From assembly GCF_035594765.1 (NCBI RefSeq), contig NC_085845.1, positions 191,162,897-191,226,896 of the forward strand: a stretch of DNA of 64,000 nucleotides, in the 5' to 3' direction. The position numbers were made by a program, and so were the translations under genes. Source of the stretch: Anolis carolinensis (Eukaryota). Positions 24,925-35,642 of this stretch are shown here, piece by piece; the first letter of the stretch is position 1, and each line of letters opens with the position of its first letter. A model generated the notes under the pieces. It saw only the letters and a program-made list of their open reading frames with translations, was not told the origin of the DNA and did no database searches.

Positions 24925-26035
24925 TAATCAATCAATCAATCCAACTTTATTTATATCCTGTCCCATCTCCCCATGGGGACTCAGGGCAGCTTACAACATG
25001 AAGGCAGCATTTGATGCCTCAAAAATAATCAGCAATAAATTGAACAATAAATAAACAATATAAGCATTCTATCATAAAATAAATCATAATAAAAACCAAT
25101 AAAACATTTTCCGCAACAACAATAAAACGGGTTAAAAGCCATATCCATAGTTAAAAAGGCCCCCCTGGTAGCACAGTGCATTAAAGGGCTGAGCAGCTGA
25201 ACTTGCGGACCAAAAGGTCCCAGGTTCAAATCCCGGGAGTGGAATGAGCACCTGCTGTTCGCCCCAGCTCCTGCCAACCTAGCAGTTCGGAAACATGCAA
25301 ATGTGAGTAGATCAATAGGTATCGCTCCGGTGGGAAGGTAACAGCACTCCATGCAGTCATGCCAGCCACATGACCTTGGAGGTGTCTACAGACAACGCCG
25401 GCTCTTCGGCTTAGAAATGGAGATGAGCACCAACCCCCAGAGTCGGTCACGATTGGACTTAATGTCAGGGTGAAACCTTTACCTAACCTATAGTTAAAAA
25501 GCCATACCCAGAATTAAAAGCCACATCCATAGAGGTTTTATTTTTATATTTGGTAAAGCCAGATCTTCAACCCTTCGGGTCTTCATATACCTGGGAGCAT
25601 AGGTAAGTTTTTAATTGCCATTCTAATCTCCTTCGGGAGAGAGTTCCAGGGGCGAGGGGTGATTACAGAAAAGGCCCCCTCTCTCGTCCCCAGTAGCCAG
25701 GTTTGGGATGGGGGTGGGATTGAGAGGAGGGCCTCCCCAATGAACACAATATCCAGGCAGGTTCATACAAGGAGAGGCAGTTGGTTGGGTAGTCTGGACC
25801 TGAACCGTTTAGCACTTTAACAACCAGCGCTTTGAATTTCACCTGGTAGCAAACTGGAAGCCAGTGGAGCTGCCTTAGCATGGAAGATGTTCTCTCCCTG
25901 TATGGCACTCCTGTTAATAACCTGGCTGCTGACCTCTGGACCAGCTGACGCTGCTGAGCACCCTTTAAAGGCAGCCCCACATAGAGCATATTGCAGTAGT
26001 CCCATCAAGATGTAACTAAGGCATGTACTACCATG
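24925..26035 (-). mobile_element. L2 LINE 3' fragment with nested Sauria SINE
   Basis: ORF 25663-25989 LYVGLPLK...LVQRSAARLLTG...LRQLHWLPV (L2 RT C-terminus); reverse L2 tail at 24945-24996. Confidence 0.9.
25159..25489 (+). mobile_element. Sauria SINE, full length
   Basis: tRNA head with B box GGTTCAAATCCC, characteristic body, BovB-like CAGAGTCGG..., ACCTTT tail; TSD ATAGTTAAAAAG (25147-25158, 25490-25501). Confidence 0.95.
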
Positions 26036-26163
26036 GTCGAATTTTTGAATTACCTTTTGGTAAACTTATTTTTGAAATGTCATGGCACCATGCTAATTTT
26101 GGACCTTGCCAAAATATTATGTGAGAAAGTTATTGCCCTACATTTCCCACCTTTCCCAATATG

Positions 26164-26310
26164 NNNNNNNNNNNNNNNNNNNNNNNNNNNNNNNNNNNNN
26201 NNNNNNNNNNNNNNNNNNNNNNNNNNNNNNNNNNNNNNNNNNNNNNNNNNNNNNNNNNNNNNNNNNNNNNNNNNNNNNNNNNNNNNNNNNNNNNNNNNNN
26301 NNNNNNNNNN
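26164..26310. other. Assembly gap (147 N)
   Basis: Run of N. Confidence 1.
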
Positions 26311-26485
26311 NAATCAAATGATACAACATAGCAATTTTCAAATTGAGATTGGTACCATGGAAAATGAATCTGTTGTTTACCATGGAATATAGTGAATGAA
26401 TATACAATAAGTGATCAATCAAATAATACAACTTAGCAATTTTCAAATTGAGATTGGTGCCATGGAAAATGAACCTGTGTTTACA
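26311..26485 (+). repeat. Imperfect direct duplication of about 69 bp, period 106 bp
   Basis: AATCAAAT...AGCAATTTTCAAATTGAGATTGGT.CCATGGAAAATGAA starts at 26311 and 26417. Confidence 0.9.
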
Positions 26486-27574
26486 AGTGAAAGTGAACCA
26501 ATTTTACAACATCACTTTTTTTTCAGTTTGAAGCATACATTATTTCATCTTTCTAGTGGTGATAATAATCATGCAAGGAGTTCTCATAACAAGTAGGAGA
26601 ACTCACAAAAGAAGGAAAGCAATGAAGGAGCCAGCCTAATCTCCCTAAGCAGAAAGTTCCAAAATCTGGAGAAACCACCAAGAAGTCCCTTTCCCTTGGC
26701 CTCACCAAATGAGTGTGAGAAGGTTGTGGCATCTGAAGATCTTAAGAGCTCAAATGAGCTCATGAAGAAAAATATAATCCTTCAAATAGGAGAGCTTTGT
26801 AGATGATTGAAAGTACTTTGAATTGTGCCTGGTAGACTAGAAGCCAATAGACCTTCACCAAGGTGTCTCAGTATTTTTCAGTATTAATCTATGTCTATAA
26901 CGAAATGTTGCGAGATCAAGAAGATATGAGCCTGCACTATATCTTCCTAGATATACCTTCACAATGATTTACACTGTCTTAATGCTCATGAGCTTACTAT
27001 TTCCTTTTTCTTTTTAGTTTGCATTATAAGGCTGAAGCTGTTGCTCAGCTTCGTCTTGCCTGTTGAAATGCCAGGGATGATTTAACACATCTCATGCATG
27101 CAGCGAGCCTCTTTTTCAGCCCAAATGACAGCTAAGCTACAGATATATCTGTCAAGTCATTCACCTCCAAGTGGCATACCCAGAGCTTGATATAAGCATC
27201 TGCCACTTTCTCTTGCCAGAGGTGTATACGCTTCAGAGGCAGGTGAAATCGGAACTTTATCACTGCAAGCAAACAAGACAAACAATAAAACTGGAAACAT
27301 ATCGGAGGGATGTCAGTACTGCCATTCTTCATTTTAGGTGCAAGATTTTGTTCCACTCAAATTAATGCCCAAGCATCTAATGATCAACAACTCTCAGTAT
27401 GTCTGCCCCCACCCTTCCTTGTTTTGTAAAGAAACCATTAGTTAAAAAACACAGCAGTTGAATGCCATACCAGTGAATGAAGAAAATCCCCAGGTATTCA
27501 GAACACGAATTGATCCTGGATAACACACAAGTAAAACTACTTTTGGTAGTGTAGTGGTTTGATCATAGCCAAAA

Positions 27575-27772
27575 TATCTGATATTGGGCGCTATGCAGGT
27601 CAGCCCTAGTTAGTACTTACACAGGAAAACAATGACTACCAGGTGAGTAAGTTAAATTTCAGAGGAAGGAACTGGAGAAACCACCTCTGTATATTCCTTG
27701 TCTAAGAAAACCGTATCATATTCATGAGATCACCATAAGTCAAAAAGCAATGTGAAGAACATATACACATAC
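27575..27772 (+). mobile_element. 5S rRNA-derived SINE (SINE3 / 5S-Sauria-like), degenerate
   Basis: TCTGATATTGGGCGCTATGCAGGTCAGCCCTAGTTAGTACTT aligns to the 5S rRNA internal promoter region; followed by RTE-type GAGGAAGGAACTGG..AAACCAC and CACCATAAGTC tail. Confidence 0.75.
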
Positions 27773-27799
27773 ATAGAGGGTTTACGGAATCATGTGAAT

Positions 27800-27939
27800 T
27801 GTAATTTTACAAGATCTTTAGCCTTCTTTGCCAAAGAGTACTGTTGCCTCATCAAACTAGAAATCCCACAATTCCATAGCATTGGGCAATGGCAATTAAA
27901 GTGGTGTCAAACTGCATTAACTCTACATTGCAGATGCAC
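27800..27939. mobile_element. Half copy of long-TIR MITE family (see 50075-50302)
   Basis: TTAAAGTGGTGTCAAACTGCATTAA.TCTACA.TG.AGATGCAC terminus. Confidence 0.75.
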
Positions 27940-28136
27940 TGTCTGACCATACCACTTTCTCTTTCTTTCCAGCTGTGGCCACTTCCTATATCCTTCCCAG
28001 CTCTTTCCCAGAAATTGCTCTCAGTTCTTCTCAACCTTTTTCCTCAAGATGTTTTGCACTTCACCTCCCAGAAGCCTCATTGATAAGAAATTCTTGGAAA
28101 TAGAGTCCAAAACATCTGGAGTACTAATGGTTGATA

Positions 28137-28301
28137 GCCCATTCACACAGCCATATAACCCAGAATATAGGCAGATAATCCACAATATCTGCTTTGAACT
28201 GGGTTATCTGAATCCACACTGCCATATATTCCAGTTCAAAGCAGATGCTGTGGGATTTTCTGCCTTGATATTCTGGGTTATACGGCTGTGTGGAAGGACT
28301 C
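28137..28301. mobile_element. Harbinger-type MITE
   Basis: CACACAGCCATATAACCCAGAATAT ... ATATTCTGGGTTATACGGCTGTGTGG inverted ends. Confidence 0.85.
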
Positions 28302-29249
28302 TTAGATGAAACCAGGGAAAAGATCTATTGCCTCCAGGTAACAAGGCTGACATAGCTTTTTCCAGCATTAACTCCACAGTTATGACCTTACAAAACTATT
28401 AACAAAGACACTATATATGGTCAGTAAGCTAAAAGTCAACCATTCAACAAAGAGATAATGAGAAGAAGCAGTTCCATCAAAGGAGGGGAACAAAGAAATA
28501 TGTTTCAGTATAATCATAAATCCATTCAAATGCAGGAATAATCACAGCTGTGAGTTAATGATCTCCCTCAGCTTTTTGACTTCGATTTTATTTAGTTCCA
28601 GAAATATTGTGTCAGGTTATTTTTATGGATAAATTGAATGCATAAACTGTATGCACACACACTCGCAATTCTAGCAGTTCTTTCTAGCACCCCATTAGGT
28701 ACATCTCTCTGCTTTATTTCCCATTGTAAAACACGGCCACTGAAGAGTGTAGAATATCAACTGAAAATGCATGTTCCAAAACTATCTGGAGCACAATGCT
28801 GCAAGTTTCAACTGAAGCAGGACATATTCATTATTTCCTAATTTATACATCTTTTTCTACAGTAGAGCTTTCTCCAACAGTGATTACTCCTGAACTTTAT
28901 TATTATATTTTCCATTTTCAACAAGTGCCCAGGACAGCATACATTTTTAAGAAGGGTTAGATAACCCAACAAGGCAGTTTAAACCCAATCAAAATAAAAA
29001 AGAACAAGACACAAGGACTGAAAGTAGCATTTGAAATACACCCATTAGAGTCAAATAAGACTGGGGAATTTGAATAAAATAAGAAGGGTTAACCTAATGT
29101 GGAACTAACGAAGAGAAGCAAAGTGAACACTCAGGGGTATGTTTGTCATAATTATAGCACTGCGTTCACAGAGAAAGCCACTCTCCCAATAAGGAGATAA
29201 AGAATACTTGCAAATTTTGTCACGTTCGACTGAATGGATCAATAAGCAG

Positions 29250-29337
29250 AGGGATCTCATAGCACCTTTGAGACTGACTGAGAGAAAGAAGTTGGTAAAG
29301 TAAGCTTCCATAGACTTAACTCTATTTCATCAGTTGC
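29250..29337 (-). mobile_element. Penelope-like (Neptune-type) terminal fragment with hammerhead relic
   Basis: Reverse strand reads CTGATGAAATAGAGTTAAGTCTATGGAAGCTTA...CAGTCTCAAAGGTGCTA; homologous to 56642-56728. Confidence 0.6.
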
Positions 29338-29483
29338 AAGGAATGAAGTGCCCAGAAACAAACATGTATGAGCAAGCTGTAGTGTAAATAGCAATAAAAA
29401 TGCAAAATCTATGGGTAGTGTGATGGATTTGTTATGTAATTTCAGCTCCCCCTGGAATTATACGTTCGGGGCATAGCTTCCAA

Positions 29484-30180
29484 TGAGGAACAGATAGGTT
29501 GAAGGCAAAATCAGAGACATTTATTCTCCTTGGCCAAAGAGGATGTCATTGGAGTCTGCACTCCAAAGACTGGCATACCTTAATGGAAAATACAGAAATA
29601 TTTATAGCACTTTGACAGATCTCCAAAACAAAAGCACATTGCCACGCTATCTTCTGTTTGGTACAAATGTTGCTCGCTAGGATCTGCCATCTCATTGGAG
29701 GAGATGCGCATCCGCTTTTGACTCTGATTGATTCCAAGGTGAGGCAGGAAATTTAATAGTCATTGGTGAATTTGAAGGCTTGCATCTGTCTGTGAGTCCT
29801 CCCAGGAACAAGATGCACTCAAAAAGGAATGCAGCTGGAAAAGAGTTAATGGGTCTTAATGCCCCAGCTTGAACAATGGGTACCAACTGGACAGACAAAA
29901 AGGTGTTCAGGGTGTTGGCATATACAATACAGACCTCATGGAAGGTGGTGTGGTGCAACACAATAGATGAAGACTTTTCCAAGGTATTGTAGAGAGATTA
30001 TGCTAAATGTGTGGTTATATTGAGGTCTGGAGTGTAGGGAAAGGTTAGGCAATGTTCAAGGGAGAAGTTCATCAAAGGTTAGCTTAGAATTATAACAGAG
30101 GTCAACATGTGCTGACTGTCTATCCCAATGGAGTCACAGACTCTGAGGTTCATATTTTTGAGGTTGAATTTTCGATAATA
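29484..30180 (-). mobile_element. LTR (ERV-like), related to 24025-24778
   Basis: Same left end TGAGGAACAGA...AAAATCAGAG...GCACTCCAAAGA and right end TTCATATTTTTG...TTTCGATAA; no clear TSD. Confidence 0.6.
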
Positions 30181-32370
30181 GATTAACGAATTCAAATTTA
30201 ATGCTGGTCAATGGGGGAATGAAAGCATGAGGGGGAAATGTTCACTAAAGCCAAGATACGTACGAAAGTAACAATATGAATGGTGTAAGCAGTCACTGGA
30301 ATGTAGTTTGATGGTAGTTGGGGCCCAAAAAGAAGATGGGATGAACTTGCCAAGGAGGTCCTCATAAAGCTGAGGTGTTAAGTAGTGTCATAATATAGTG
30401 TGCCAGGAATCCATTGTCTCCTTTCAATCCACTGTTGATCTACTGGGATTTGTGCCTATATTCCAGTTTTGCTGTTTCTCTTTCCAATCTCTATTTTAAG
30501 ATGTTTTGTTCAAGCACTGCTGTTCTGTGGTCTAAGTGTATAGAGAAACTGTAGAGTTAATGCAGTTTGATACCACTTTAACTGCCTTGTCTCAACACTA
30601 TGGTAACTTCTCATGGCAACCATTCATTTCAATAGGGTTCCCTCTGATCCATGGTTTCTTGTTACCAGAGTAAGTTCAAAAACATGCCCCTTGTAGATAC
30701 GGGTTGTATGTCCGTTTGTTACATCATTCCTTCAAATGTTGCAAGAATTGTTAAATATTCTATTCCTTGGATCACAAGGGAGGGGAAATTATCTTTCCAG
30801 CAATAAAGTATGTATTTTAGCATGCAAATGAGCATAACAAATCCACTTCTGATGTCCATGTGTTAATTTCCAAAAACATAGGTAGATACATGTCCCTGAA
30901 TATCAAGGTAGATACTTTCCAATACCAAACAGACTCCTACCGGTATGATTACTTCTTCTAAGCTCCATGTAGCTCAATGGGACTTATGTCAAACATGCTT
31001 AGGATTGAGTTATCAAAGAACATACGTAACATCACTGATGAAACCGCTGTAGAGAAAAGTCAGACTAATTTTAAAACATGAAAAAAATCTATTTTTTTAT
31101 TCCCAAGGTGATGGCAATATGTTAACAATACCAAAGATCATCAATGTCTTTAAAACAGTAGCTCTGTAGGGAGTTTCTCTCTTTCAGGATTGCACAGTCA
31201 GTCAGAGAAGGGGGAACACCTTTGGACTTTATTGGCAACAAACTCGCCATCATTCGTCTGTCTTGCTAAGGCTGCAAAAAATTACATGATTCAAATGAGT
31301 GCTTATAGATGACTTCAGCTGGTACCTAGAAAACTGACAGCACAACTTTACACACTATATATTTAGAATATCTACTGAATGGCTAATAATTTTGATATAT
31401 GTCTTATATATCCTGCTTTGACAGGATAATTTCTTTCATGCCTGAGTTTCAGAGAAACTCCCTCAAGAGATATAAGAGTATAAAAAATATAACAACAAAT
31501 ACCTTGAGTTAAATAAAATAAACCCCGGTTATGATAAAACACAGGTCTGCAATAAATATCTTAGCAAAAGTGTTTCCCCAATTGTCAATCTCAAAGCAAA
31601 AAAGGAGTGTTAACTGGAGATTATGAAACTGGATTTGTGGGTCTTTATAGTCTCAAACAGTTTCCAGAAAAGGTAGTATCGAGCTCTCACAATCTTCTAA
31701 ATCTAGAGGCCATCAGATGTTTCTACATTACAGCTTTCATCTGTTCCATTCAGCACAGCCGATGCTGAGCATTATGGGATTTATAACCCTCAAGCATCTG
31801 GAGGGTCATTCTTGCCCACCCTTTTATCCATAGGGTAAGAAACACTAATGGCCAGACCTAATTCTCAGAATAACCACTATCCGATCTTAACTAATTACTA
31901 ATCCTTGTTTGACAAACAGTTGTTCCCTTGTGATGAATAAATGATGTCTTATTTCTAGTATGACTATTTATCTGTCTAGGAAGTGTTGTAGTGGAAGACA
32001 GTTAATATTCTGAATGACCTGCACTTTTAAATTATCAAGGATGTCAGCTCCCTTGTTCCTTCCAAGTTTAGCTGTAATCTCCCATTTCAGTAAGAATAAA
32101 TGGAAATATATTTTCCTCAGTAACTCAAATTTTTGCAGGCTATCTCCTGTTGCGTTGCAGGAAAAATATTAGACGGTTGCCTTGGTCTTTTTGGAAGCTA
32201 AGAGCCATTAGTCTTACAAAAGACCTATTTGTGGAAGTGAATTAGATACAACTGGTTTGTTGAAGCAGCAGCTCCTATAGTTTAGCATTTTCTATTTCCA
32301 AATGGCAAACGTAATTAATGAAGACAAAATAGGATAAGCTGCAGCAGTTTGCATTTTCCTGAGCCTACAG

Positions 32371-32505
32371 CAGTGATTCTCAACCTGTGGGTCCCCAGAT
32401 GTTTTGGCCATCAACTCCCAGAAGTCCTAACAGCTGGTAAACTGACTGGGATTTCTGGGAGTTGTAGGTCAAAACACCTGGGGACCCACAGGTTGAGAAC
32501 CTCTG
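32371..32505. mobile_element. hAT MITE
   Basis: TIRs CAGTGATTCTCAACCTGTGGGTCCCCAG; perfect 8-bp TSD GCCTACAG. Confidence 0.93.
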
Positions 32506-33547
32506 GCCTACAGGGAATGACAAGATTCCCTCCTCCTCTCCTTTCCTCACTGCTGAACTATTTTAACAATTTGAACTCAGTTTGCACACATTGAAGTAAG
32601 CTGAGAACAAAGCAGGGCAGTGGAAGAAGGAGAGGGAAACTGGGACACTGTCAAAGAAAAATGGAATGGCCACAGATTAATTGAGACTCTCCCTGAAAAA
32701 TCAGGACACTTGGAAGGCATGGGCCCTAGCTTTATCGCAATATGTAATAAAATACCAATATGTAGAAAAGAATTTCATCCATGGCACTTAACTGCCAATT
32801 TTTCTCCTGCTCAGCATTGGAAAAGCAGACATTATTGGCTTCTCTGAAGCACAGTGCATGTGTGAATAAACTTAAAAGAAGAGGCCTGTCAGCACCTTAG
32901 GCAGAATATGACTAGTAGAGGACAACTTTATTCTCCCTGCGGCTGATGACGGCAGCATGTCAGTAAATTTTGGTAACACTCTCTCTTCTTGCTGAACCAT
33001 GTCCTCCCCGGAAGCAAGGAGGCTCTCCATCTTGCCTTTAAAGTTAGTCTCCTGCTAAAAAATGTCAACATGAAGGTCTCAGTAGCTGATGGTTACTTAT
33101 TCAGGGTTTGTTTCATAATCCTTTATAGTAAGATATGATTCAGTGCTAGTCCAGCATTATGAATCTCAGCAAGTTTCTTCAAGTACTATGTAAGATTGGC
33201 AGGAGAAGTAGAAGGGGGGAAGTAAGAGAGAAAGGAAATGGAATCTGATCGCATTGCAAATCAGGCCACGCTTGGCACGAAGAGAACTTATTTCAGGAGA
33301 GTTGCACACAGTGACAATGTAATTAAGAGTCCTGTCGGAAGTAATGAACATTATTTGCCTACTTCGAGGTTGTTCTTTCAATGGGAGGCATAGCTTAAGG
33401 ATGATGCTATGAATTTCATTCTGCCAAAAATTAATTGGCAGGGTTATATGATCTGGGAAGAATCCGCAAGAGCAACTGAAGGAAGTGATGACTTGCATCC
33501 AGTAATTGAATCCACTCTAGGTTTTAAGCTGACCTTTAAAGGAGCTA

Positions 33548-33935
33548 TTTTGGTTAGACCTCACCTAGACTATTGTGTCCAGTTCTGGGCACCACAATTC
33601 AAGAAGGATATTGGCAATTGGGAGGTGCCTGAAGGAGGGTGTCCTAAAGGGTAAAAGGTCTGGAAATAAAACCCTAGGAAATGTGGCTTAGGGAGCTGTC
33701 TTGGTTTAGCCTGGAGAAGAAAAGGATGAGATTTGACATGATGGCCATGATTAAAGGTTTTGAAAAGATGCTATATTGAAGATGGAGCCATCTTGTTTTT
33801 TGCTGCTTCAAAGACTAGGACACAGAGCAATTGATAAAAACTACCAAAAAAAAGATTTCATCTAAACATCAGAAAAAACATTCTGATTGTAAGAGCTATA
33901 CAGCAGTGGAATATACTGCCTGGGAGTGTCATGGA
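33548..33935 (+). mobile_element. Old CR1 LINE fragment
   Basis: LVRPHLDYCVQFWAPQFKKDI motif of CR1 ORF2 followed by decayed CR1 3' sequence. Confidence 0.85.
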
Positions 33936-34444
33936 CCACGTCTTCATATTGAGAGGGGAAAGCATGGGTGACAGCCCCTTTAGGAGTTGAGAATTGCCCC
34001 TCTTATATCCTCTTATATCCTCAAGAGTCCCATTTTGAGTTCTGTCTCCCCATCACACATATAGAAACTTAAGAACTGGCAATACATTCATCTTACATTC
34101 ATCACACTGTCAATATTACTTTTTTGATCAGGAGAAACAACAATATCCAAAAACCAAGAAATCCCTTGCCCTGCCCAAAGCCCCTTACATTAGGATATAG
34201 GTGTCTGCTGACAGCTGGACAATAAAATAAGATGGGAGACTTTTGATGGTTCCTATCCCACCTGTTTTTCACAGGCCAGCAATCATATTCAGAAAGGGTT
34301 CCCTCCTTTCTGGACATTTCTGCCTCTTTTCAACCCTGGAACATGTGATTAGCTCCGTGCCTCTCCATGCTTGAAAAGAGGCTGACGTGTCCTATGAGGG
34401 GGAAATTTCTCAAACCATCTGTTCATCATTTCATTAAAAATGAT

Positions 34445-35188
34445 CTAAGGTCATAACACAGACTTTTCTTTAAACCACATTTTTTTCCATTTTGTAATTC
34501 TATGTTGTGCCTGACATTTTGTGCCCATTTAACCATACGTTTGCTATATCAGTTCTGTTTCCATCTTCAATAATACTTTACAAATTTTTCCAATAAGGTG
34601 TTCTTCATTAGTACATAATTCCTCTACAAAATCTGATTGTTCTCTTTCAAATCCAGCATTTTTACTTTCTAATGTAAATCTTTTTTTCAGTTCCCTGTAT
34701 CCATACCACTGTAGCTGAAGTCCTGCATCCATCAGTTTATCTTGAGTTTTAAATTGTTTTTATCATCTTTGTATATTATTAAATCTCTGTATATGATCCA
34801 TTGTTCTCCTTTATTCTTATCTAATTTATAAAAAACTTCTTCTGTTGAAATCGATAGTAGCTTTTTGGACATAATTTAATTTTGTACTTATTCCATATCT
34901 TTAGTATGGATCATCTTATAAAATGGTGATGAAAGTCTGCAGGTGCTTTTGCTTTTTCTTTTTCATACCATATATAGGTGTGCCATCCAAAATGTAGATC
35001 ATGGCCTTCTACTTTTAACAATCTCTCATTTTTTACAGTCATCCAATCTTCCATCCAAACTAGTGCACATGCTTTAAAATACAATAGCACCAATCCTCCC
35101 CTTTACTTTTCATCTTGAAAAATTAATTTTGATTCTAGGCTTCTTGCCTTGCCATATGTATTTGGTTATATCTTTTTTCCATTTCATC
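34445..35188 (-). mobile_element. L1-clade LINE ORF2 fragment
   Basis: LYFKACALVWMEDW...LLKVEGHDLHFGWHTYIWY; A-rich coding strand; homologous to 51235-52120. Confidence 0.85.
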
Positions 35189-35573
35189 TTTGGTGAAAAG
35201 TCCAGATCTCACTGGATCAAAAGAAGCAGTCTAGTTTGAGGAATTTTCTTCAGATTGCTGAAGAGGAAGAACTTTGCCCTTTCTGCTGACTAGTAGTAAT
35301 CTCCCTTAGACTTTAAGTACAGGCATAGTTTGGCTAACAAAAACACACCCTTTTCACAGGCTTTTTACACCTGTTCCATCCCCACCTTTTCTTCTTGTCA
35401 TCTTTCTAGTGTTATTATTTTAAGCAATACTGGCACTGAGAGGCTGATGAAGAAGAGATGCAATGCTCTATGACACATGTCCTCAAAGGGCTAAGAATAT
35501 CTTCTTTTCTCATCCCATTATCTATACTTTTTTTTCCTTTTGGAGATGCCTAGTTAACAAGGAAAGCCAAATA

Positions 35574-35642
35574 CAGTTGGCCTTCCACATTCAAAGCAGT
35601 TAGGGGCACAGGAACCCTATGAAAGTGGGAAAACCATAAATA
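35574..35642. mobile_element. Tc1/mariner (Tigger-like) MITE end
   Basis: TA-CAGTTGGCCTTCCACATTC terminus; second end not found. Confidence 0.45.

Noticed and set aside
25159-25240. tRNA gene (also other A/B-box heads)
   Set aside because: These are SINE heads continuing into SINE bodies and do not form complete cloverleaves
25340-25435. HDV-like ribozyme in the Sauria SINE body
   Set aside because: Hairpins are present (GTCATG/CATGAC) but I could not map the nested double pseudoknot or the catalytic C context
27575-27650. Functional 5S rRNA gene
   Set aside because: Truncated, heavily substituted and fused to a SINE body
24025-30180. Single provirus bounded by the two LTRs
   Set aside because: LTRs are too divergent, the first has its own near-TSD, and the interval holds L2, SINEs and MITEs with no gag/pol, clear PBS or PPT
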